Virus record (IMG/VR): IMGVR_UViG_3300037307_000890
Coordinates: 1-35,987 of that record
Strand: one strand, 5' to 3'
Source: a virus
Taxonomy: Duplodnaviria; Caudoviricetes
Length of the DNA stretch: 35,987 nt
Part shown: one piece after another, positions 17,233-27,800 of the stretch
Position numbering within the stretch: the first letter of the stretch is position 1
Layout: each line of letters begins with the position of its first letter
Program-made: the position numbers and the translations under genes
Notes under the pieces: model-generated
The model's input: only the letters and a program-made list of their open reading frames with translations
Databases searched by the model: none
Told to the model about the DNA's origin: nothing

Positions 17233-19170
17233 GTGACAAGGGCGTACGTCCTCGATCCGGTCACCCGCGCCACGCTGGGGCTTGTCGACCAGAGCTGGGA
17301 GCGTCTGTCCTATGTGCGCCGGTACGTCGCGATGGACACATTCGAGCTCGTGATCAACCGCACGAGACTCTGGGCGAGCGAGCTCGCCACCAAGCGCCTC
17401 CTCTACCTGCCCGACGAAGGCGATCTTGTGTTCCTCATCGAGCAGATCGCGAGTGTCGCCGAGGGGAGCACGCGCAACGACGAGATGACCGTCACCGGGC
17501 GCTCGCTCGAGGGGATCGCGATGGCCGAGCGCCTGGTCGAACCGCCAGCGGGCGAGAGCCACGACCGCCAGACCGGGGTGGCCGCCGAGACCGCGATCAA
17601 GCACTACCTCCGCTCACACGCCGCCGACCTCGCCGCGCCGGCCCGGGCGGTGCCCGGGCTCGTCGTCGCCGCCGACGCGGCCCGCGGCCCGACCGTCACC
17701 GTCAACGGCCGCTACCAGAGCGTGCTCGACCTCGTCCGCGAGATCGGCCTCCTGGCGGGCCTCGGCTGGGAGATCACGTACGACGCAGGATCCGGCGACT
17801 TCCGCTTCGACGTCACCGACGGCGTCGACCGCACGGCGTCAGTGTTCTTCGACTTCGCGTTCGAGACGCTCGAGCGATGGGAGGAGCTCGATTCGGTCAT
17901 CGACGCCAAGACGGTCGCGGTCGTCGCAGGCCAGGGCGAGGGCACGGCGCGCGACCTCGTGACGCGCTGGTCGGGCAGCGAGCCAACCGGCTTCGAGCGG
18001 CGCGAGGCGTTCCTCGATGCCCGCGACGTGGAGCTCGGCGAGACGACCGTCCTGGCGCAGCGCGGCGACGCGTTCTTGGCGTCGACCGGGGTCGAGACGA
18101 GCCTCGAAGCCGACGTCCACCAGTACGGCGGCTTCCGATACGGCGAGCACTGGGACGTCGGCGACCTCGTCACCGTCCGCAACGCCGAGCGGGGCCTCGC
18201 CTACGCCGCCAGGGTCGTCGAGGTCGCCAAGACGTTCGAGCGGAGCGCCGCCGCGCCGAGGATCACCGCCGTTCTTGGACGCCCGTTCCCGACGCTCGCC
18301 TCGCAGGCGTCGGCGGGGCGCGCCGCGGCGACCGCCGACGGCGCGGTGAGCACGGCATCGGGTGGCGTCCCCGTGGGCTCGGTCGTCCTCTGGCCCGCCG
18401 CTGCGCCGCCGACGGACTGGCTCACGTGCGACGGGGCGTCGCTCCTGCGCTCGGCGTATCCGGCGCTGTTCGCCGTCCTCGGCACGACCTACGGCGCTGC
18501 CGACGGGACGCACTTCAGCCTCCCCGACTACCGGGGTCGCGTCCCCGTCGGCCTGAAGGCCAGCGACGCCGACTTCGACACCCTCGGCGAGACGCCGGGC
18601 GCGAAGACCGCGACCCCGTCGGCCCACGCGGTCACCCAGCCTGCTGCCCACACCGTGACCCAGCCCGCCGCCCACGCGAACCACGTCGTGACCCAACCGT
18701 CGGCGCACGCCGCCCTGGCGCACAGCGCGCACGCGGGCACCGACGTGTCGTCGCATGCGGGCACGGCCGTCGCGGCGCACGCCTCCCACGCGCACGAGCT
18801 GCCGTTCGTGATCGATGACACCCACGCGATCAGCTCGATCGATCAGGGCGTGTTCGGGACCGGGACGGCCCGAACGCGCGACTGGACGGCGTCCGTGTCG
18901 AACGTCTCGGGCTCGTACGCGGTGGCCAAGTCGCAGGCCGTGGGCGCTGGGTCGCACTCGGTGACCCAGCCGTCCGACCACACGGTGACCCAGCCCGCGG
19001 CACACAGCGACCACGCCGCGCAGAGCCACGCCGGGACCGCGGTCGACGCGCACTCCGCGCACAGCGGCACCGCGGTATCGGCGCACACCGGGACCGCGGT
19101 CGGCGACCACGCGGCGGTGGCGGTCGTGCAGCCCTCGATCGTCGCCAACTACATCATCCGAGCAGCCTGA
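17233..19170 (+). CDS. Tail hub protein (ReqiPepy6 gp37-like) fused to a tail-collar domain and His-rich fibre tip
   Basis: GTG 17233; VAGQGEG.AR, RRE.F.DARD, W.VGD.VTV; collar motif PVGSV.W....P..WL.CDG...YP.LF.VLGT.YG....FSLPDYRGR; ends QP.I..NYII. Confidence 0.85.
   Translation: MTRAYVLDPVTRATLGLVDQSWERLSYVRRYVAMDTFELVINRTRLWASELATKRLLYLPDEGDLVFLIEQIASVAEGSTRNDEMTVTGRSLEGIAMAERLVEPPAGESHDRQTGVAAETAIKHYLRSHAADLAAPARAVPGLVVAADAARGPTVTVNGRYQSVLDLVREIGLLAGLGWEITYDAGSGDFRFDVTDGVDRTASVFFDFAFETLERWEELDSVIDAKTVAVVAGQGEGTARDLVTRWSGSEPTGFERREAFLDARDVELGETTVLAQRGDAFLASTGVETSLEADVHQYGGFRYGEHWDVGDLVTVRNAERGLAYAARVVEVAKTFERSAAAPRITAVLGRPFPTLASQASAGRAAATADGAVSTASGGVPVGSVVLWPAAAPPTDWLTCDGASLLRSAYPALFAVLGTTYGAADGTHFSLPDYRGRVPVGLKASDADFDTLGETPGAKTATPSAHAVTQPAAHTVTQPAAHANHVVTQPSAHAALAHSAHAGTDVSSHAGTAVAAHASHAHELPFVIDDTHAISSIDQGVFGTGTARTRDWTASVSNVSGSYAVAKSQAVGAGSHSVTQPSDHTVTQPAAHSDHAAQSHAGTAVDAHSAHSGTAVSAHTGTAVGDHAAVAVVQPSIVANYIIRAA
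18625..19110 (+). repeat. Mirror-spaced His repeats (HxVTQPxx / HxGTxVxx) in the fibre tip
   Basis: Residues between successive His are 7,7,2,7,4,2,7,7 before the central loop and 7,7,2,4,7,2,7,7 after it. Confidence 0.85.
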
Positions 19171-19182
19171 AGGAGCACGCCG

Positions 19183-20259
19183 ATGGCCCAGCGCAGCAGG
19201 TTCTTCGACAGCTCCGGCGGCGACCGGATCTACACCAGCGACGCCTGGGCGCAGGTCATGGGCGCGATCATCGGCGACGGGGTCGTGGCGACCGGCAACG
19301 AGCTCGCGCTGGCCGAGGCGAGCCCGCCCGCGATGAGCGTCCGGGTGAACACGGGCAAGGCGTTTATCGGGGGCTACTACTTCGAGGTCCATACGGGGCA
19401 GGAGACGCTGGCGATTGCCGCGGCGCACCCGACGCTCGCCCGGATCGACCGGGTCGTCGTCCGCCGCGACCTGGCCGGCCGGACCGCGGCCCTTGCCGTC
19501 CTGGCCGGGACGCCGGCCGCCTCGCCGACGGCGCCTGCCCTCACGCAGGTCGCCGCGGGCGTCTGGGAGATCGCCCTGGCACAGGTCGCCGTCGCGCCGG
19601 CGGCGGCCTCGATCGTCGACGCCAACATCACCGACGAGCGGGGCCCGCGGGCGACCGGCACCGACATCGAGAACCTGCAGGGGGAGCTGCTCGACCCGAC
19701 GACCGGCCACCGCCACGAGGGCACGGCCGGCACCGGGCGTAAGGTCCGCCACGCCGATCTCGAGGGCATCACGACCGACAACCACCACGCGAAGTCGCAC
19801 ACGCATAGCGGCGATGGGTCCGGCAGCGTCGCCCACGCGGCGACGACGGGGATCAGCGCGACCGACCACCACCCCGCGGCCGCGGCAGGCCCCGACGCCA
19901 ACGTGACGGTCGACGCGGCTGGCGCCGCCGGCACGGCCGCCACCTTCGCCCGCTCGGCGCACGGCCACCAGGTCGCGACCTCCGGCGCGACGCCAGCCGA
20001 CGTGGCGGTGGCGGGAGCCGCCGGGGCGTCGGGTGCCCTCGCCCGCGCCGCGCACGTCCATGCCCACGGCTCGGGCTACCTGCCCGACGCGCACCACCCG
20101 CAGGTCCACGCCCTCAACAGCCACACCGGGACCGCCGACGACATCGGCGCCTGGGCCCAAGGCTCGGCGGGAGGCGGGGCGGCGGGGGTGAAGGTCTGGG
20201 TCGGCACGACCGATCCCGGCGCGTCGGCGGCCGAGGGCGACATCTGGGTCAAGAAGTAG
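19183..20259 (+). CDS. Baseplate/tail fibre protein with His-rich C-terminal half
   Basis: AAGGAG RBS; FFDS..GDR.Y, G.A.I.GY, RIDRVV.R.D, EI.LA, ITDER N-terminal module; HxH and HH motifs; ends P....GDIW. Confidence 0.8.
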   Translation: MAQRSRFFDSSGGDRIYTSDAWAQVMGAIIGDGVVATGNELALAEASPPAMSVRVNTGKAFIGGYYFEVHTGQETLAIAAAHPTLARIDRVVVRRDLAGRTAALAVLAGTPAASPTAPALTQVAAGVWEIALAQVAVAPAAASIVDANITDERGPRATGTDIENLQGELLDPTTGHRHEGTAGTGRKVRHADLEGITTDNHHAKSHTHSGDGSGSVAHAATTGISATDHHPAAAAGPDANVTVDAAGAAGTAATFARSAHGHQVATSGATPADVAVAGAAGASGALARAAHVHAHGSGYLPDAHHPQVHALNSHTGTADDIGAWAQGSAGGGAAGVKVWVGTTDPGASAAEGDIWVKK

Positions 20260-20275
20260 GGCGGGAGAGACGACG

Positions 20276-20878
20276 ATGCCGACCGCGGGCTACACGGCCG
20301 AACCCGACTACGGCTCCGAGTGGTGGGGGTCGGGCGTCGAGAACCAGCACTGCACGGCCGTCACGATGCCCGAGGCCGGGCGGATCACGCGGATCGGCGT
20401 CTGGCTCCGCGGCAAGGACGCCTCGTGCTCGTTCCGGGGCGTGGTGTGGAACAGCACCCGCAACACCGTCCTCGGCCAGACGGCCCTCCAGACGGCGTCT
20501 GGCGCTGCGCTGGCCGTCGGCGCGTCGCTCAAGTACGAGGCCGCCGTCGCCACGCCGTTCGATGTGGCGGCGGGCACGATCTACGTCGGCTTCACGCGCA
20601 ACCCGACCGGCGCCATGCAGTTCGGGTTCGACAACACCGGCTCCCACTACGACGACGACAACGGGTCGTCGAACCCGTCCGGCATGAGCGGGGAGTCGTC
20701 GCACTCGAGCCGCCGGATGGGCGTCTACGTCGTGTACGAGGTCGGGTCGGAGACCTACGTCCGCCGCTCGGGCGCCTGGGTGAAAGCAGATGCCGTCCAG
20801 GTCCGCCGCTCGGGCGCCTGGTCCGACGTCGGCCCGGACGTATATGTGCGGCGTAGCGGGGTGTGGGTGAAGGCGTAG
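20276..20878 (+). CDS. Tail-associated beta-rich protein, candidate receptor-binding module
   Basis: GGGAG RBS; beta-strand-rich; three C-terminal VRRSG(A/V)W repeats. Confidence 0.65.
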   Translation: MPTAGYTAEPDYGSEWWGSGVENQHCTAVTMPEAGRITRIGVWLRGKDASCSFRGVVWNSTRNTVLGQTALQTASGAALAVGASLKYEAAVATPFDVAAGTIYVGFTRNPTGAMQFGFDNTGSHYDDDNGSSNPSGMSGESSHSSRRMGVYVVYEVGSETYVRRSGAWVKADAVQVRRSGAWSDVGPDVYVRRSGVWVKA

Positions 20879-20891
20879 GTAGGTTGCCCTA

Positions 20892-20922
20892 TTGACTTGT
20901 GGGTGGCTCGAGCTGAGACGAT
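20892..20922 (+). promoter_or_regulatory. Possible promoter for the RHS cassette
   Basis: TTGACT -35-like hexamer in the intergenic gap; -10 candidate GACGAT is weak and spaced by 19 bp. Confidence 0.25.
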
Positions 20923-20967
20923 CGCCCGGGCGCGTCACTTGTGTCCGTGACGCGGGAGGAGGGCGTC

Positions 20968-21816
20968 ATGGTGCGGTCCCGCGTCGCGTCGTACCTGGGC
21001 TTGGTCGTGCCCGTCGTGGTCACCTTGGTGGTCACGACCGCTCTCGGGGTCGTGCGGGCAGGGCCCGGGTTCGTCTCCGCGGCATCATCGGCCGACGTCC
21101 AGCTCGACACCGCCGCGGATCAGATGGAGTCGACCCTTCGCGGTACGGGCTTCACATTCACGGTGGTGAGCCGCTCGACGCTCCACGCGCGGCCCGATGG
21201 CCCGAAGATCGAGGTCCCGCACCCGACTGACCGGTTCGTGACGATCGGTCTCGCCGACGAGTACTACGTCGGCGCCTCGATCGCGACCGGCATCGTCACG
21301 CCCGACGGCTACTTCCTCCAGATGCGCCGTGGCCCGGCGACCCCCGACGCTGCACCCGACTTCGAGAAGGCGGAGCCGACCCTCGCGGCGCTGGTGACCG
21401 GCGGCAAGACGTTCCGCAACGACGGCGCGGGGTGGTACGCAACCGACACGCCGCCCGGGATCGGGCTCGATCCGCGCACCGTAGCCCTGCTGCCGAAGCT
21501 GCTGCGCAACGCGACCGACCCGGCCGCTGGGGACACGAAGCTAGTCGACGGCCTCGCGGCGACGACGGTCGCAGCCCGTGGCAAGGTCGCCGATGCGCCA
21601 GGCCTCATGGCGATCGATGCCGAGCCGTTCACTGACCTCGTCGCGCCGATCGAGTTCGCGCTCGACGATCAGGGCCGCTTGGTCGAGCTCCACGCGCTCA
21701 TGCGCAACACCAACCAGGAGACGTTCGACCTGCTCGTCGACACGGTCATCACGATCTCGTACGAGGACCCAGGCAAGCTCCCAGCGCCAGTCCCGACCTG
21801 GAACCCGGCGAGCTGA
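20968..21816 (+). CDS. Exported or membrane-anchored hypothetical protein (possibly LolA/LppX-like beta fold)
   Basis: GGAGGAGG RBS then ATG 20968; basic N-terminus plus long hydrophobic stretch; late F.LD..GRL..L motif; 13 bp from the RHS start. Confidence 0.7.
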   Translation: MVRSRVASYLGLVVPVVVTLVVTTALGVVRAGPGFVSAASSADVQLDTAADQMESTLRGTGFTFTVVSRSTLHARPDGPKIEVPHPTDRFVTIGLADEYYVGASIATGIVTPDGYFLQMRRGPATPDAAPDFEKAEPTLAALVTGGKTFRNDGAGWYATDTPPGIGLDPRTVALLPKLLRNATDPAAGDTKLVDGLAATTVAARGKVADAPGLMAIDAEPFTDLVAPIEFALDDQGRLVELHALMRNTNQETFDLLVDTVITISYEDPGKLPAPVPTWNPAS

Positions 21817-21829
21817 GGAGGCCCGACTG

Positions 21830-24800
21830 ATGCGCCGTCTCCTCCCGCCCCTGCGGCTCCGGGTCATCGTCCTCTCCGCCGTGATGGTGAGCACCATGGT
21901 TGGCCTCGAGGCCGCCCCGCTGCCCGCGCCCGCCGATGGGCGCGCCAGCGCGCCGCTGCCGCTTGGGCTCGGCCCCGACCCGGTGCTGGCGGCGTACTGC
22001 GCCTCCAACCCGACGCTGACCGGCCGGCTGACCGCGTCGGCGTCGTCGACCACGGCGGTGAGTCGGATCACGAACGCCAACGTCTACGGCTACATCAGCA
22101 ACGTGAACAGCGCCTGGTCGTGCACCCTCTACCGTCGCTACAGCGCGATCGCCTGGAACACGACCGCGACGACCGGCCGGTTCAACTGGGGCACCCTCAT
22201 CAACTCGACGAGCGTCGCCTGCAACTGGGCGGTCGGGTCCACGGACTACCTCAAGGCCAACGACACGGCCGACTGCCCCGACACCGACGCCGAGTACGCG
22301 ATGCAGGTCACTCTGACCGCCGAGCGCGTCTACCAGGCCGACGTCAACCACAACGGCGTGGGCGACTTCAGCTTCGCCCATGCCGACTGCGACACGACGC
22401 CCTACTACGGCGATGAGATCGGCAAGGGCACCGAGGCGAGCCCGGTCAGCTTCAGCACCAGCGCGAGCTACACCGCCAACCGTCCCGGGTCGAACTGCGA
22501 CCCGATCACCCTCGATGGGACCGGCACCACCCAGACGGTCACCTACGACAAGACGGCTCCTGTCACCAACATCACAGCACCGACTGCGGCGGTCAAGCAG
22601 GCGGCCACGAGCTACACCGTGCAGTGGCAGGCGACCGACAATGTCGCCAAGTTCGGCGGCACGAACGACTGGGATCTCCAGCGCCAGATCGCCACCGCGT
22701 CGGGCGGCAGCTGCGGCACGTTCACCAACGACACCGCGGCCGGCAACCTCGTATCCGGGACCTCGGAGACCGCCCAGTCCCAGAGCCAGACCGGCCTCGT
22801 CCACGCGAAGTGCTACCGCTGGACGCTCGCGGCGACCGACCAGAACGGGAACGCGGCCACGCTCGACACGTCGCCGGCCGTGCTCATCGACACGACCGCG
22901 CCGGTGCCAGACTTCGCGACACCCGACGAGGGCAGCACGGTCACCAACGGGACGACGACCTACAACGTCGCCTGGACCGAGTCCGACCCCGAGTCGGCAG
23001 TCACGGGTCGCTCGCTCCAGCGCCAACGTGCGACGCTGACCGGTAGCACGTGCGGCACCTTCTCGAATGACGGCAGCGCGGTCACGACCGTCTCGCCGGT
23101 CAGCGCGACGCTTGCCGACGGCTATTGCTATCGCTGGGTCCAGACGCTGACCAACGGGGCCGGCACGACCGGTGCCTCGACCTCGGGCACGGTCAAGAAC
23201 GTCGTCGGCAGCCCATCGGTCGACTTCACGACGCCCAACGAGGGCTCGACGACGATCCAGGCCACGACGAGCTACACCGTCGCCTGGACCGAGACCGCGG
23301 GCTCGGGCACGATCAACTCGCGCTCGCTCCAGCGCCAGAAGGGCACGATCGTGACCCCGAACACATGCGCTGGCGTGACCTGGGCGAACGACGGGACCGC
23401 TTCGACCGCCGTGTCACCGGTCGCCGTCACCGGGCTCCTCGACGGCACCTGCTACCGCTGGACCCAGACCCTCACGAACTCGAACGGCAAGTCGAGCACG
23501 GGCACCTCCGGCAGCGTGCTCGTCGACACGACCGCGCCGGCCGGGTCGATCGTGACGCCCGCCGCAAACGCGCCGCTCGCGGGCGACGTGACGATCACCG
23601 GATCGGCGACCGACACAGGGACGTTTCTCAACTACCAGCTCGAGTACGGCGCCGGCACGACGCCGTCCGCGTGGACCACGATTGGGACGTTCACGACACA
23701 AGTCGCCGCGGACAATCCGCTCGCAATGTGGTCGACAGGGAACCTGAACGGCGTACATTCCCTCAGACTCACCGTCCGTGACACCGCCGGGAATCCGGCC
23801 TACCAGACCACCCGGTTGGTATACCTCGAGAACGCCGAGCGCGGCACCGAGACGTATCAAACGCGCGTCCCCTTCGACCTCGGTGGCGGCTGGGCTTTGG
23901 ATGTCGGTGTCTCCAACGGCGAGGGTCGGCTCTCTCGAGAGCTGTTCAGGATCCCCTCGTATGGTCCGCCGCAGTCGCTCGGGCTGACGTACAGCTCCCT
24001 CGAGATCGGTGCCGCAGGCAAGTTCGGCGTCGGCTGGACCAGCAATCTCACGCAGTACTTGTCATTCGAGTCAGGCTTCGTCGTTTGGCACCGTCCCGAC
24101 GGTGGCAGGGTCCCGTTTGGGAACATCGGCGGAGCGTGGACCCCTTTGAGGGGCCACTTCGAGGTCCTCGGACCTGGCACGGGGACGTACTCGGTCACGC
24201 TCAAGGACCAGACGAAGCTGATCTTCGAGAACAGTGGTGCAGGGCGCTTGACGAAGATCGAAGACCGGTTCGGCAACGCGCTCAATGTTGTATGGGGCGC
24301 CTCGTCGGCGACCGCCACCGATGCTTCGGGGCGGGCGACGACCCTGACCATCGACGCCGTGAACAGTCGGATCACAGCGGCCACCGACTCGGCTGGCCGC
24401 TCGTGGGGCTTCGGATACACGGGGACCGATCTGACGTCGGTCACAGACCCGGCCGGCAAGGTCACGACGATCGGCTACAACGCGAGCCACCAGCTGACGA
24501 CCGTCATTCGCTCTCGGAGCCGCGTGTCCGGCCCCCCCGAGACGATCTCCTGGACCGTGGGCTACGCCTCGGGCAAGGCGACTAGCGTGACCGACCCAAT
24601 CGACGGTGCCGCCGCATCGCCGAACCGCAACAGGTTCACCTATGACGCCGGATCGACGACGGCCGAACTGCTCCAGTCCTATGGGGCGGGCCCGGTTTGG
24701 AATGCATCGACCTACCTCATCGACTCACTAGGCCGCGTCACCTCGATGACGGATCCGGAGGGCTTCCAGACCTCGTGGGTCTATGACGCAGACTCGAACG

Positions 24801-27800
24801 CCACCAGCGTGACCACGCCCATTGACGACACGACTTCTGCGACAACGACATCGGCGTTCGACACCCGGGGCAACCTGGTCTCCGAGTCGGTTCCGTTGGA
24901 CGCGAGCACGTCGGTTACGACCGTGAACAGCTGGAGCGCGACGAACGACATACTGACGAAGTCCGAGGCCGACAACGATGGAAGCCTCAAGCTTGTCACG
25001 AAGTACTCGTACGACGCTGAGGGCCACCTGACCAGTGTCAACGTCAACTGCACGACTTCAGGAACCACGCCACCCGCCGTCGCCGCGAGTTGCACCGGTG
25101 CGGGCACGCAGGACTCCGCGACTAACCTCATTACCAGCTATGCCTACACGGCGAACGACCAGCTCGCGTACGAGCAAGATCCGATGGGCCTCGTAACCCG
25201 GCATGCCTACGACAACTGGGGCAACGAGACTTCGGTGACCCGGAACTGCACGTCGTCGGGGACGACGCCGCCGTCTCCATTCAGCTCCTGCACCGGATCG
25301 GGGACCGCCGACCACCAGACCAACGTCACGACGACGGCGACGTTCGACCAAGCGACAGTCGCCGGCAAAGCCGGTCTCGCGACTCGAACGACGAGCGCCG
25401 TCGGCTACGCGAGCGATTACGCCTACGACGCCCTCGGTCGCCTGGTGACCGAGGCGATGCCGGGCGACGCGTCCATTCCGGCGCTGACCCGGACCATGTC
25501 CTACGACGAGTTCGGCAACGTGCTGGCGCTCACCGAGTCGTGGACGCCGATCGGCGGTGGCGGGCAGGTCGCGCGAACGACCACGCGGGTCTACAGCGCG
25601 ACGAACCAGCTCACCAGCGTGACGGATCCGTCGGGCACGGTGAACAGTGCCGTCTACGACGCGGCCGGGAACCAGACGTCGACGACCGAGAACGGCGTCA
25701 CCACGACCCATTCGTACGACGGGTTGGGACGAGCGACCAGCGATACCACTGACTCGGGAACCACGACCCACGAATACGACGCCGCCGGCCGAGAGACAGT
25801 GAAGGGGTTGCCCGAAGGCGGGATCACCAAGTCGACCTATGGGTACACGGGATGGGTGCTGTCCGAGATCACCGATCCGGACGGGCTCGCGCTGACAACG
25901 ACCCACACCTACGACAAGCTCGGGCACGAGCTAACGGTGACCGACCCAGAGGGTGCGACATCGACCTACACCTACGACCGCGCGGGGCGCCAGATCACGA
26001 CCACGACCGCGGTAGGTGTCTCGACGAACGTTTACGACCGGACCAACAACACGGTCACCGTCAAAGCCCCCGACGGGACGGTGAAGGGGACGCTCTTCGA
26101 CCCGCTGGGTCGGCCGACGGACTCGATCACCAACTGCACGAACAGCGGGACGACACCACCGGCCGCCGGCACGGCATGCCTAGGGACGGGAACGCATGAC
26201 GTCACGACGAACCTCACCACCACCACGTTCTACGATGCTGCCGGGACGACCATCGCCGAGCGCGATGCCCTCGGCATCACCGAACGGATCATCCCCAACG
26301 CCCGTGCCCTCACCGGCCAGCAGATCGCAAACTGCACCGACTCCGGGTTGACGCCGACATCCAACCCCAGGGCCTGCGTCGGCGGCGGCACCCACAACGC
26401 GACAACGAATGTCGTGACGACAACGACGTATGACGGCACGAGCTCGGTCGTCGGTACGAGCGTCGCCGTCGGTACCGGCGCTCAGGCGACGACGACCACG
26501 GCCTACGACGGCGCCGGCCGGGTTCAGGCGGTCCAGGATCCAGCGGGCACGATCACCCGCAACATCTACGACGCCGATGGTCAGGTCGTCACTGCGATCG
26601 TCAACTGCACGAACTCCGGCACCACGGTCCCAGCGACGGGCTGGGAGACCTGCACGGGAGCCGGAACGCAAGACGGGACGTTCAACCTGACGACGTCGTA
26701 CACGTACGACGCTGCCGGCAACAAGGTCTCCGAGACTGCGCCGAACGGCCGGCTGACGACGCTTGCGTACGACTACGACAACCGCCTGATCACGCGCATC
26801 GAGAACGACGTCGCGAGTCCTAGCCTGCCGACTGAGGACGTCACGACGAGTTACTACTACGACAGCGCCGGACGGCTCGCGGCCACAGTCTCTCCGACCT
26901 CCGACGGATCGTCCTCGACGATCACGCGACAGGTCTCCGATGCGAATGGCAGGGTCGTGCGGGTCATTCGGAACTGCACCCTCGCTGCGCCAGGCGACAA
27001 TCCAGCCGACTGCGGTGGCCCGAATGGAACCGCGCTCGGAGCACAGACCTTCGAGGCAAACGTAGTCACCGACAATGAGTACGACGCCGCCGGTAACCTC
27101 ATCAAGGTGACAGCGCCCGATCCGTCCGCCTCGCTGGCTGGCACCGGATCGGTCGTGACTCGATACGCCTACGATGCGGCCAATCGGCTGTGTCGAGTGC
27201 TCGAAGGTTCCGCGGTCACCGACCTCGCGTGGGCGTCGGCAGGCTGCTCCGGGTCGATATCGGGAACTGCCACGACCAACTTGTCGACCAGGTACTCGTA
27301 TGACGGGGCCGGGAACCTGGTGAACCAGACGGACGCACGCGGCAAGGTGTCCCTGTACGGCTACGATCCCGAGGGTCACCTAACCTCGACAACCGACGCG
27401 GATGGTGCGACCGTCGTCTGGGCGTACGACGCGCTCGGCCAGAAGATCCGCCAGGAGAACCGGTCCGATCCCACCGGGACGGCGTCCGTGACGTGGACAT
27501 ACGACGGGGCAGGGCGCGTCCTGACCCGGACCGCGGACGGCGCAACAACGAGCTACACGTACGACGCGAATGGAAACAAGCTCACCGCCTCCGTCAACGG
27601 TCAGACCATCACAGCCACGTACGACCGGTTGAACCGAGTCGTCAGCGTCGACGACGATGACGCTGACAGCACACCCGACATGACGTTTACCTATTCGCTG
27701 ACATCCCCTTCCTGGACCGACCCGACCGGTACCTACCTCGTCACCCTCGACAAGTTCGATCGTGCGTTGTCCCTGGATGACCCCGTCAACGCAGCGACCT

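Noticed and set aside
4219-20160. Long minus-strand and alternative-frame ORFs (for example 4219-6237, 6020-8167, 17839-20160, 5232-7577)
   Set aside because: Shadow ORFs of high-GC3 genes; Arg/Gly/Pro-rich, motif-free and overlapping well-supported CDSs
17233-20878. Diversity-generating retroelement or invertible tail-fibre switch
   Set aside because: No reverse transcriptase, invertase or template/variable repeat pair seen
21578-21829. Longer RHS N-terminus from the ORF track
   Set aside because: Overlaps the upstream CDS; the RBS and signal peptide support ATG 21830
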